Shown here one piece after another: positions 1 through 12,032 of a stretch of 64,000 nucleotides of DNA. Below the pieces are notes generated by a model. That model saw nothing but the letters and a program-made list of their open reading frames with translations. It did no database searches and was not told where the DNA came from. The translations under genes and the position numbers were made by a program. This stretch comes from Rhizophagus irregularis (Eukaryota), in assembly GCF_026210795.1 (NCBI RefSeq), contig NC_089433.1:4774001-4838000 (forward strand). The letters are read 5' to 3'. Numbering within the stretch: the stretch's first letter is position 1; each line of letters opens with the position of its first letter.

Positions 1-124
1 TTTTGTCTTTAACAAATAAAAACAAACGTGATTAACGTGATTAATAATTATCAAAAAGAAGCCAAGATTTGGTCTCATATATGTTTTATTTTTTTTATTT
101 AACAAGAAAATTATCGATATTTAG

Positions 125-1645
125 TTAGCTTCTTATTATTTGAAAGACTTCATAATCTTCTATTGAAAATTCATCTTCAGTGTCTCTTATATTTCTTTCA
201 TACATCACTTTTTTACAATAAGTTACATTAAAAGATTTAGTATTTCTAGAAATTATGTTAAGATCTTGGCCGAACTGTGGACCACATGATCTGCTATAAT
301 CTAATGCTCGCCATGCGTCTCTTACATTACTTAAAATTGCATCTTTAATATTCTTATTTTTAAAAGAAAAAATAAAACTTTTATTAGTATAACACCATTT
401 GCCAGTAGTTTCCCACTTCATAGGATTATATCCACCAAGAATTTCTTCATTTCCTTTTACTTTAATAAATGTAACAGTATTAGTTTTGCCATCGCATAAT
501 TCATGAAATTTTTTAGGAGTAAATCCATCTCGACTTCCTCTTAATAATAATTCAAATTTGTATGGTAAATATAATTCCTCATAATTATCATTATTTATAG
601 CTACTTTATCAACCCATTTTGAAACGGTTGAAATAATATTAGAATCTACAATTTTTGAATCAATAATTTGGGAATCGACAATTTTAATTTCATCATTCTT
701 AATTTTTCTTGGGCGTAAAACGTTGTATTTTGACACACCACCAGGTTCCAAATAAGAATTCAATAAATCTTCATATAATTGTTGATCTAAGAGTTTTTGA
801 TATGGACGAACTTTTTGCGAGAATTCTCTAGACGATAAACTAAAAAATCTAATTAAAGGCAAACAGTGTTGCAAAATATTTTTCATCGTTTTGAAATCAT
901 CATCCGACCAAGTTTTAGGATCCGGAATGAGAGATGGATTTTGTGCAAGACCCCATTTTAATACATGTTCCCACACTTCGATTTCTTTCATTTGTAAATC
1001 ATCATTTTTAATAAGTGAAATTAAAAATTTTTCGGAAAGTGTGGTAAAATCAAAAGATTTGAATATTTTTTCGGGTGATTGAATCATTAAATTTGTACAA
1101 AATTCTTGAAGTTCAAATAAATTATTAGATTGTGAAGAAATTTGTTGAGTAATTCCAAAATGTTGTTCTAACAAATCCGACTTATTTTCAATTAAATATT
1201 TTTGTAAATAATCAACTAGTTCTTGAAGATGAAGCTTATCTGCAGCTACCAATGTATTTAGAATATTTAAAGTTTCTTGTCCATTCAACAAAAGAATTCC
1301 ACCATAAATATACCTATAATAAAAAAAAAAATTTAATTATTAAATATTTACAGTAATGTAAATTTAATTGTGAAAATTAAAAACTTACCTTAAAATAATT
1401 TGAAAAATTTCTGGTGATATATTTGGTAATTTAATATGAGCTAATACGTTATCGTTGTTCTTTTTATTGGAAGCTAATATTCGTCGTAAATATGGAGAAC
1501 GGTAACACAAAATATTCATGTGAGCACGAAAAATTTTTACGTTAGGATCTTCACCAACTTCAATTGTAACATCATAATATTCATTATCTTCCAAAAGTTC
1601 AATATAATTTTGGCTTAATAATTTGGAAAATAATTCAGCAGACAT
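125..1645 (-). CDS. BTB/POZ-BACK-TLDc domain protein (2 exons: 1645-1389, 1313-125)
   Basis: BTB motif (YDVTIEVGEDPNVKIFRAHMNILCYRSPYL), BACK-like IEVWEHVLKWG and TLDc (LLLRGSRDGF, FHELCDGK, GGYNP, DYEVFQI). A 75-nt intron at 1388-1314 (AG|GTAAGT...TAG) restores ILR-YIYGG. Confidence 0.93.
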
Positions 1646-3282
1646 TATTTTACGTATTTTTTTAAAAAAATAAGAAAGAAGAAAAAAAAACTATATTTTT
1701 TATTGTTTTTAAATTTGTGGAGTTAAATAATGATGATAATCTGTGCCCATATATTAGCACAAACTTTTGTTACACAATTCAAGGGGACCAATCGGACCAT
1801 AGTAATCTATCTAATTAAAAAAATTTTGTCATATTTAGATTACCCATATAAATAATTTGAATTGTGTAACATTCAAAAGTGTGATATTCTTGCGCCCGAT
1901 CTATTTCGTATTTATCATATCATCATAATTAAGAAAATCTTTAAACTGATACATTTCCGGTTAATTAAAATTTTAACTGGATTTTTTTTTATTCTAATGA
2001 ATTAATACTGACAAAAAAAAGTATATTAATTGCGGTTATTACCATTCTCTTAGTTACCACAACTAACCATTTCTAAATAATTATTTTTTTTATTTTTTTA
2101 ATCTTTTTTATTGATTTTTTTATCCCTTCGGTTAACTTTAACAAAATTTTTTCTTATTCTTTTTTTATTATATTTTTATTGGATTGGAATTTATCAAAAT
2201 TTTTGGAATTTTTTTTTATCCCAAAAGAATATTATTATTCTTTTTTAGTTTAGATCAAAACTACAATCAAATTAGAACTATGTCCTACAAATTTTTTGAT
2301 GTTTGATGAGATTTTTTTTAATCAATGATATTGTTTCTGACTAATAAATTCGTGTAAAAATATTTTTTTTTTAGTATCAACAAATTTTTTTTTAGTTAGT
2401 TTGTTTTTAATTATATAGATACATAACAATATTAATAATTTTGTAATGAGAACTTTTTTTGTTTATTGAGATTTTTTTTTTTCGATGTAGTGAGAACTTT
2501 TTTTTGTTTATTGAGATTAATTTTTTTAATATTATTTCCTGACTAATAAATTCACATAAAAATATTTTTTTTTATGAGATTGTTTTTAATTATATAGATA
2601 CATAACAATATTTACCTGCATATTAATAAGTTTCGAATAATAGTAAGTCACGTGATATATATTATTACGTGACAGTCGTGACACCTGTGCAATCCAGCAG
2701 TATTAAATCAACGAATATTTATGCCATGAATTTGCTGCGACTTCATAACAATATTAAATTTTGACGCATTGTACGACAATATCGGAATCATCACTTCAAA
2801 AATGAATAATATAATTTACTCAAGATCGGGCGTAATAACAATTTGATACTTCCCCTTTTAACATATAAAATTATAAAATATTTCCAAAAGGATCATTTTA
2901 CATTCATGCATTTTAGTTAACAGATTATGGTGTCGTTTAACGATTCTATTATTATGGGAAAATCAAAATATCGTGTTATTAATATTTACTTGAATGATCA
3001 TGATATTTACTTAATAATTCATTACCTTTAAATACACTATTCAATTATCCTAGTTGAGTTTTGGTTAAAATTACATTTACTATGTCATATTGATAGGTTA
3101 AATATATATGTACCACTATTATAACAATATTTTTTGAAAATGAAGTAAATTTACATACCCTCGAAATTGATTTTTTTTAACGAATTTATCAATAATATTC
3201 TTGAATTAATTTTACAGAATAAAATAATAAACCCTATATACATTACTATATATCTAAATTTTTTTAAAAATATCAACACAAA

Positions 3283-4009
3283 ATGCAGTCAATTTCAATA
3301 CAAGATTTTCAACAACAAGAAGAAATTCATCATCCTGGAATTGTCAAACTTTATATATAAAGTTGTAGAACTTGCTACCTATACTTCCGATTTTGCCACT
3401 GATGCTATAAATATATTAACTGAGAATAAATTAAATACTGTAGATCATTCAACGAGACAAAATTATGGTTACAATGATATCGATGATAATGATGATGAAA
3501 ATGCTTATGATCATAAGAAAAAAGATGTTTCTACTTGGGATGAAAATGTAGAAACTTTTGAAGATGAAGAACCTCCTCCACCTTACGATAATTCTACTAA
3601 AACTAAACCTTCACTTATAATTTCTATATCACCCTCACAACAAGATTATCCAACTACTCAGACTGAAACTAAACCTTCATTTACAATTTCTACGTCACTC
3701 TCACAACAAGATTATCCAACTACTCAATCAATACCAACAAATTCACCAACAAATTCAACTTCACGACAAAGACAATTCCGTGTTTGTTGTGGCTGTAGAT
3801 TTGTACGTCACAAATCATCTTCAAAAATGAGTAATAATTTCCAATAATACATCTGATAATAATGTCGATGATGATGAAGATATTATCCTTAAAAGACTAA
3901 TAGTAAAATATCTGTTATGATAGCCGAAGCTGAAGCTGCTTCAAATAGTAAGGTTGAAGTTACAGAAATTGAAATGATACTTGCCAAGGAAAAAGAACAC
4001 GAAGAATGA
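3283..4009 (+). pseudogene. Hypothetical low-complexity protein with PPxY motif, frameshifted
   Basis: ATG at 3283 (MQSISIQDFQQQEEIHHPGIVKLYI*) is out of frame with the 3167-3847 ORF, with the shift at a TATATA run near 3355. Contains EEPPPPYD and a duplicated TKPS..ISxSxSQQDYPTTQ segment. Acidic tail fragments continue to about 4009 in other frames. Confidence 0.4.
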
Positions 4010-4618
4010 ATTATGAAAGAATTTGGAATTCAAACTCTTAATATTCACAATATCAATTATAATAACAATTACAATTACTTTTACTGAATTCTTTTAAAAA
4101 TTTATTTAAAATTTCTTTTTTGCTTGTAAAATAATTTTGTACAATCGGATAACAAAACTTCATTAAGTAGAACACAAACTATTATACAAAATGTCAAAAA
4201 AAATAGTTTTACTGAGGGAAGAGCTAACAAATAACTTTATGGAGAAGTTCATAGCAAGTTTTGAGGTTTTTAACAAAAATATACAAGATAAAATCGCTGA
4301 AAGAATTTCAAGACTTTAATACGAAGACGTTCAAAACTGTACCAGTAGACCAAATAAATAACGCTGTTTCAGAAACAGACAAACGAATAGTACGTTCACC
4401 TCAAGCAATATATTTAGTATTTTTTTTATTAGACTGGAGTGCTAGTATAATACGAAAAACTTGAGTTTCTTGAAAATTTCCTCTCCTCAGCGAGCACAGC
4501 AACAACTCACAGTCATGTGAGCATAGATAAAATTTAAAATTTAAATATATATTTTTTTTTTTTGATAAATATAATGCAAGGTAAAGTTTTTCATTTCTGA
4601 TAATTTTATATGATGTTG

Positions 4619-7600
4619 TTATATATAGTACATAACCTAAAAGGAAGGGTTTGTTATAGAAATGAGATAATTTATAATAATTCACTTTCAAATCATCTTT
4701 AATTTACCTTTTGTAGCTCTTTCACCGCTCCAAAATTGATTGCAACACCTTCAGATGATTCCGTATCAGTGTTACAGAATGAGAATGAGTAAAGTCTTGC
4801 CCTTGTGGCAGCTAGGCGGGCGTAATATACTGGAGGTACCTATTTAAAAATAATACGATATTTATCATTTACCGCATACAATGATAACAAATGCAATTTA
4901 AAATCTTACCAAAGATACTGCACGTGTACAACGCACATAAGTATGACAGAGATTATAAGATAAAGTTTGTAACCTAAATTATTAATTATATATTAATTAC
5001 GTATAATAATTAATTATTAAATTAAATTAAATTGACTTGCCTATTTGCATCAAATCCATTTTCGTCATATAAAACTTGATAATAAGTTGGCCGAGACGTC
5101 CCATGTAGTCCAGCATGACTTAATAAATCTGGTAAGGAATTAAAGTCATTTAGAAATGCTACAAAATTTATATGTCAATGCACAATTTAATTACTTACAA
5201 AAATCAAATTCAAATGGATGTGTAATGTCCATATCGACAACAGTACCAGGAAGACAATTTCCTGATTTATCAGCATTTTTCTTTTCTATTGGAAAAAAAC
5301 GTGTGTGGTGTCTCTTCTGTATCACAACAAATGTGATAGTGGGTCTATAATCAGCCTCAAGACTTTGACACGCGTCTGTAGAATTAAATAGGTTAAAAAA
5401 AAAGCAGGAATAAAATCTAAAAATAATATGTTTCAATTACATTTAATCGCGGCTAGTTCACTTTCTAGCACATACATAAATTGACTCTTTGAAACACCGT
5501 TTCGGTAAAATAAAATTTTTTTGGGTTTTAACCCACAAGCTTGATAAAATGTTTTTAACGATTCTTTAACCATATTTGCTAAATCTGTTAATATATCGGT
5601 ATGACTTTGAACTCTAATTGATGCTGCATAACATGATGCCTTAACATTCACAGAACTACATAGGGCAGCATAAGATGGACCTTCATTATTGCCTGAAGAG
5701 ATATGTGAGAAACATAAATATATTAGTAAGATAATTCATGTGGAAAAAAAATTACAATTTACCAGACAAAGGATGAGTAACGCTTGCGCCCATCAAAATA
5801 GTAGGCTCATCTACCAAGAATTGAATATGTTCAGGAATGAGGAATGAATTCTCTCCTCCAAGTTTAATGTTCATCTTTAGGCAAACGTTTGCACAATATT
5901 GTTTTACCGGTTTGTTCGTATGTTTACTTTGGATACACTGTGTTGCGATACCAATAACTGTGTCACTAATACGTTTAATTTCAGCATATAAATATAATCC
6001 AGTATTTGGAAGAATACAAAGAATAAGCTGTGGTTTAGCTCCCCACGCCTTGTCTCTAGCCTTCAACCAAGCTTTTTGTAATGATTCTTTAGTATCTCCT
6101 ATAGGATTTGCGCGACATATAGGAGGATCCCTCTCTGAGATATTCTGTTATAGGCGATTAAAAACTTGAATGATTCATACGAAAAAGAGTTGGTATAATT
6201 TAACTTACCATTCCCGTATCTTGACATGTAGTAATTAATTCTCTCACGAAAAGCTTAATAGCTTGATCAGGTAAGTCTTTATAACTTAAAAAGGCCAAAA
6301 CTGACCATGAGCTGAGGATGGCACCATTTATTACTTTTTTATCCCGTAAATTCCACGATCCACAATTTGGCCGGACACAACTCTCCCTTGATGACTGATG
6401 GTATTGAATTGTTGGAGTTGGGAGAATTCTAGCGTTTACCTATAAACTTGCGTTATTGAAGATTTGAAGTTACATACTTATGATGCAATAATAATATTTC
6501 AAACCTACCACAGCCATATTGTTTGATACTTCTATCCCAAATTGTTTAAGATATTCGTTATTTTGGTAATTTAATATATTGAGACCAGTTTGAATCCTAT
6601 TTGCCCGAATGGTCGGATTTTGACGAGCAAAGTTCGTCATTTTATCTGATAGATCCCTATCCAATTTCCGCATATATCGTTGTTCCTGTTATACGAAATA
6701 AAAATTTTTTAATAAAAAATTTCTTATAATCATGTGATATAACTAGATGAATATGTAGTTACCGGAATTACGTCACAAATTTCAATCGGGAGATGAATAT
6801 TTTTTCTTGCGATAATGCAAGGAAGAAATGGGTATAATAAACGTCTATATTTATTTTGAAAATAGGTTTCCACATTGATCTTATTACTGTTATCTACATC
6901 AAGCATAGTGTCAGAAGCTGAAGTTTGAGTTAATTTCTCAATCTTAAATTTTCGTTTATTTTCCGGTCTATGATTATCATTTATTCTAAGATTTTTTATT
7001 CCCTTCTCAACTTTTTGACGTTCCATATCTGATAATCCTCTACGTAGGTCATTGGGAGATCTGAGACCCAATATTTTTGCAACCATCTGAATAAGTGGAC
7101 CACCTTCATAGAAAGTGGTAGCACTTAAGTCTATATTAATCATCATTTTACCCATTGTAGGACGTGCTGATTGGTAATACCCCTGCCAAGCCTCCATACC
7201 CTCACGGAGGGACGTAGCTCCCTGCGGAGTGTAAAATGGATTACGTAAAGTAGGATATTTTGCAGAAATCTCGTGACGGATAATGATGTTCATTGCATTT
7301 ATTGCTTATTACATAAATATGATTATAATCCATTATGAGGTTCATTTTTATTAAAGAAAGAAAAGAAAAGAAAAGAAAAAGCTTACCCATTTTGCAATTG
7401 TTGGTCATATTGCCTTTTGCATTTAAAAATTGGAATAGGTCTTCCATGTCAATATCTCTAGCTTTTCTTATTACAATTTTAAATCCTTGAGGTGGACGTG
7501 TTTTAGTCATGGGTGCACTACCTTTCTCTAATTCCACCTAATTATGATAATTAAACTTAATAATTTCAAGTCAAAAAAAAGTAAAAAATAAACAAAATAA

Positions 7601-7975
7601 TTTACTTCAAAAATTTTGCTTTCAAATGGCAATTTCTTATGTGTAAACATATTTGCTTTTCCTACAAACATTTGCTATTAGTTAGTAAGTATCCATTTCC
7701 TTCTTTTAAATACAAGCATTGATAATTCAATATTTATATATCGACGTACCATCGTATACTGGTTTTACACCCCCAAGGGCATTTTTGTTTTCCTCCGAAA
7801 AACAGGCAAATACTTTCCTATTTAATCGCGGGGGTACCTCAGGACTTATCGTTACATCATAATGTGTAATTTTCATTTTCGGCAACTTAGTAACTTCAAA
7901 GAAGTTTGTTTGAACTTTTATCGGTTCATTTTCAATACCTGGTCTTTTCATAATCTGGAAAGTTTCTTTTTTCAT
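4619..7975 (-). CDS. AGO: Argonaute (N-PAZ-MID-PIWI), 13 exons, 831 aa, non-canonical catalytic tetrad
   Basis: Manual exon assembly: 7975-7750, 7661-7606, 7537-7387, 7304-6763, 6685-6509, 6439-6209, 6144-5763, 5692-5441, 5375-5199, 5128-5041, 4973-4910, 4839-4708, 4636-4619 = 2496 nt, in frame with no internal stops. Motifs: [64 protein letters not shown]-terminal VMYYI*. Confidence 0.96.
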
Positions 7976-8724
7976 ATTATAAAATTGATAATAAAAAAAA
8001 AATATTTTTTTTTAATTTCTTTTTCGTAACTTGTGATAAAGAAAATATTAAAAGAAATCGAAATAAAATAAATTTTTTTTTTCCTTTTGGCTTATTGTAG
8101 GCAAGTACGGCAAATAAAGTTTTGGGGATAGTCAACAAAAATTTAGGGTTAGGTATATTTGATGATCGCTAACCAAAAATAGAAATAATTTGGGTACCGA
8201 TCAAATTCTTCATAATGAAATTTTTTTTGTAAGAATGGGTAGATGAAAAGATTAATGGGAAGATATTGAATTTCTGATTTTAATAAATTTAGTAATCTAG
8301 ATAGAAAATATTGATAAAATAAAAAAGCTAATTGGGAGAACGTATTTTTTCCAACATTATATCTGTAGCAAAATGTCTAGCTATTTGATCATCGTGCATC
8401 ATAAAGTAATGAATTATATTAATTTTAATTATTAAAGCAATTTAATTATTATCTTTTTTTTTTAAATAGTTAAGTAAAATTGATAATATTGAATTGACAG
8501 GTATAACGCGAATATTACAATATTTTTATGAAATAAATTAAAAAGAAAGAAACTCAAAACATCTGAAAGATAGCTAATCGTTTTTATTTAATTAAAATAA
8601 AATAAATAAAATAAAATGAATATTTCCGATATTTTTTTTTATAATCAATAACAAAGACAAAATAAAAAAAACCTATTTAGTAATAGTTAAGTATGAAATT
8701 AATATTTAATAATCCATCATATAT

Positions 8725-8989
8725 CCCTATAAAAAAAGAATGTCCGGAAATTGTAGCTGAAAACGTCCGGAAAATGTTTATTTGTCTGGAATATGTCCGG
8801 AATATTGCAATATTCCGGACGTTGGAAAATTTCCATTTTCCGGAAAATGTCCAGAAAATGTCTAGGAGGGTTCAGACTCAGCGTCCAGAAAGTGTCCGGA
8901 ATATTGCAATTTTCTGGACGTTTTCCGGACACACGGACATTTTCCGGATGTTTTTAGCTACAATTTCCGGACATTTTTTTTTTACAGGG
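8725..8989. mobile_element. Fold-back MITE (non-autonomous DNA transposon) with about 53-bp TIRs
   Basis: Left CCCTATAAAAAAAGAATGTCCGGAAATTGTAGCTGAAAACGTCCGGAAAATGT versus reverse complement of right end CCCTGTAAAAAAAAAATGTCCGGAAATTGTAGCTAAAAACATCCGGAAAATGT. Flanked by ATAT (8721-8724 and 8990-8993), or by TA if the ends are TCCCT/AGGGA. Perfect internal 26-bp palindrome at 8795-8820. Confidence 0.9.
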
Positions 8990-10832
8990 ATATCAAAAGT
9001 GATTTCTTTGGTAGTATAATCTTTATAATATTAATAAAAATCAATTAATTTACAATTTTAAATTGCATTATTATTATAAATGTAATTAGTGTTACTTACT
9101 ATTGTTGTTAGGTTTTCTAGAATTAATATCATTATCAATGTCAAACTCAAGTTCCTTTGTTAAATAATCTGAATAAGGTAAATTTTGATTAAATCATCAT
9201 ACAAAAATAAAATAAGAAAACTTAACATCACTTTACCATTATTTTTGTTTATCTTGACTCTTTTAACGTTCTCATCTAATATAATAATTTTATTTTAAAA
9301 AAATAGAAATTAGTTATAAAACATTTAAAATAAAATTATTGTTTTATACCTTTATTATCATTATCATCTTCGATATTTCCACCAACAAACTTTCTTTTAT
9401 TATTTTGATCATGAAAATGTGATCCTAGTAAATTATTAAAAAAAAAAGATATTAAAATTATTACGATATTTACCATTTTAAGAAAAAATGAGTAAGTAAT
9501 AATATCAACAAAGAATAATACTTGGAATTTTTAAACTTCTGGTGGATTCTACAGATTTTATCATTGTACTCAAAGATCTACTTTTATATATAGCACCTGG
9601 ATTATATGTTGCTATAGGTCCAATATCTGGTGACCTAATGATTTTAGTGCGATTGAAATTACGTCTATCAAACTCATTTTTTCTAATAACCCAAATTTTA
9701 TCCAATAATTCAGTAACCGTTGGTCTTTTATTTGGATCAGAATGCCAACATTCTTTCATTAATTCAATATAGCCTTCAGGTGCATTTGTAACAATTGGGG
9801 GACGATGTCCATCACATATTTCAATAATAAGTTCTGTATCATGATCTCGACCCCAAAATGGTCTTCTACCTGTCATTAATTCCCACATGATCATACTGAA
9901 ACTATATATATCTGAAGCTTTAGTATATTTTTGTCCTCGAAAAATCTCAGGGGCAATGTAAGGAATAATTCCATAAATCTCACTATCGTCATTATCTGAT
10001 GATTCAATTGCGGATTTACTTAACCCTAAATCGCCTGTTATTGCAGTATAGGTAAAAAAATCATTAATAAATATATTCCCGCTATGATAATCTTTGTGAA
10101 TAATGTTTACTTCATGTATTTGTTTAAGTCCAGATAAAATTTCCTTCACAATTAATAGCTTAACTTCCCACTCAATACAAAAAAAATTGTCTGTTATCAA
10201 ATGTGTTAAATTTCCTCCTTCATAATATTTTGTAATAATCATAAAATTTTGGGTATAAGGATCTTGGGTAATCCCATAGTACATGCAGATATTATTAGAA
10301 TAGTAAAGAATGCAATTTGAAATATAATTGTAATATGTCTTGAGCTAAAATAAATAATTGAAATAAATTATTTTATAGTAGAATTTATGAATTGCTTAAA
10401 TTTATTGTACGGTACCTCATTTAAATGTATAGAATTTATGTTCTTAGAATTATTTAATTCCTTTAGAGCAACTGTTGTTTTACCACATCTATTATATTCT
10501 TGCTTGTAATCGTTCCAATGTGTTATAGGACCATCGACCCAAGTGGCTTTATAAACTTTGCTAAATCCTCCTTCAGCAATAAACTTTACATCTTTGAATC
10601 TACTATAAGGAACAAATTCCATTCTCCACCCATTTTTATAATGATTAGCTAACGTGTATCTTATAAAAGTATCAATAACGTTATTATCACTTAACGAAAT
10701 TGACGAAACCATTTTTTCATTACGACATTGATTGCAAATCTGATAAAATCTGACAATTTTGCGATCACACTGTCTACATTTCTTAAAAAATGTTGGATTT
10801 TGTGTCGTTTGTTTTGGATTATTTAGAGACAT
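8878..10832 (-). CDS. TKL-type protein kinase (Glomeromycota expanded family) with N-terminal CxxC motifs
   Basis: Exons 10832-10416 and 10344 to about 9522 encode AEGGFSKVY, VALK, HKDYHSGN, GDLGL, PYIAPE and DIYSFSMIMWE. Tail exons 9424-9350, 9275-9237, 9168-9100 and 9020 onward encode KRKF, DYLTKELEFDI and NYTTKEITFDI. The donor at the end of exon 2 is weak; if unused, the ORF stops at 9505. Confidence 0.85.
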
Positions 10833-11678
10833 ATTAATTATTTTGTTTCATAAATTTCGTACCGAATAAAAAATTAATTATACATCAAAGAATTATTTAT
10901 TTACATAATAATAAGCATTATAGAATTCTCTATCCGAAATCTAAGAAAATTAAGAAAATTCTAATTAAAAGAAGTTTATCCTTTTAAGGAAAAAATCGAC
11001 TTGATACATTAAAAAAAAAATCAATTAGCTATTTAGAGAATATTTCTGGAAAACATTAAATAATCCTCTGAAATTACACAAACCGAAAGTTTTTATAGAA
11101 AGTAAGTCCATACTTAAATGATTAGCTTAATACATTAAGTTTTAATTTTATAACTCCGAAGCCACCAAAGAATATTCTAATGCAATTCAAATTTAGGTTA
11201 ATGCAAGTATTGTGTAATTATTTGAGATATATATATACATACTGTATATATATTACCATAAGACTTGTTGCGGATGGTTCAATCTGGTTCATGGTGGTGA
11301 CCACATTCTAATATTTTAATTTTTAAATAAGTTTGTGTATCACGTAGGCCGACATCGAATTACACTAACGGCCTATCAAACCGACTGCAGAATTATCCGT
11401 TATTAATATACAATTTACTAGACAAAAAATGTAAGATTGTCTAGTTTGTATCTATTAATACAATAGAGAGATTCAAAGATAAAAAATAATATTTTATTAA
11501 AGTCAACAAAGTTACAACAGTAATAAATGTAAAAAAAAATTCGACAATTTACAATTTAAAACTAAATTTTACTATGTCATAATAAAACAAGAGCCATTAA
11601 GTTTTCAATAAAAAATAACAAATACGACTATTGTTGTTAATATTATTTTGATGATTAAAACTACTGAATTTTAATATT

Positions 11679-12032
11679 CTAATTGTTTAAAGAAATAGAG
11701 TTGTTTAAAGAGATAGGAGTAATTGTAATTTGAATTCGATTTTGCGAAGCGTCAATAGTAATGTTAAAAGTATTTAAGAGAGAAGAAATATTTCTAATGG
11801 ACTCCTGTAGATGCGGATTTTGGCTAACATACTGAGGAGGGGGTTGCACGTTAGATTGTTGACAATTAGTAGTATAATTATTATTTATATTATTTACATA
11901 AGGTGTTTGAAAATTGTTATCGTTATAAGATGCATTTGACTGCAAATGATTATTACCAGATGATTGTGGATTGTTATATCCAGTAAAATTAACAAAATTA
12001 GATCCATTTTGCGAAGAAAGATTTTGATCCAT
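11679..12032 (-). CDS. Hypothetical Asn/Gln-rich protein, 117 aa
   Basis: ATG-initiated ORF with an N/Q/S-rich low-complexity region and a short hydrophobic beta-like tail (FNITID...IQITITPI). TATA-like TATATAAAA about 100 bp upstream on the minus strand. Confidence 0.55.
   Translation of the reverse strand: MDQNLSSQNGSNFVNFTGYNNPQSSGNNHLQSNASYNDNNFQTPYVNNINNNYTTNCQQSNVQPPPQYVSQNPHLQESIRNISSLLNTFNITIDASQNRIQITITPISLNNSISLNN

Noticed and set aside
4261..6169. Short antisense or overlapping ORFs around the Argonaute (4261-4464, 4401-4691, 5156-5350, 5837-6169)
   Set aside because: Shadows of AGO exons or UTR with no recognisable motifs; only the 18-nt terminal exon within 4401-4691 is supported, and it is in another frame.
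8141..8153. Telomere-like TTAGGGTTAGG
   Set aside because: Under two full units; expected by chance.
8693..9019. ORFs 8693-9019 (+) and 8717-8932 (-) as genes
   Set aside because: Both lie in the palindromic MITE. The minus ORF is not in the kinase tail frame.
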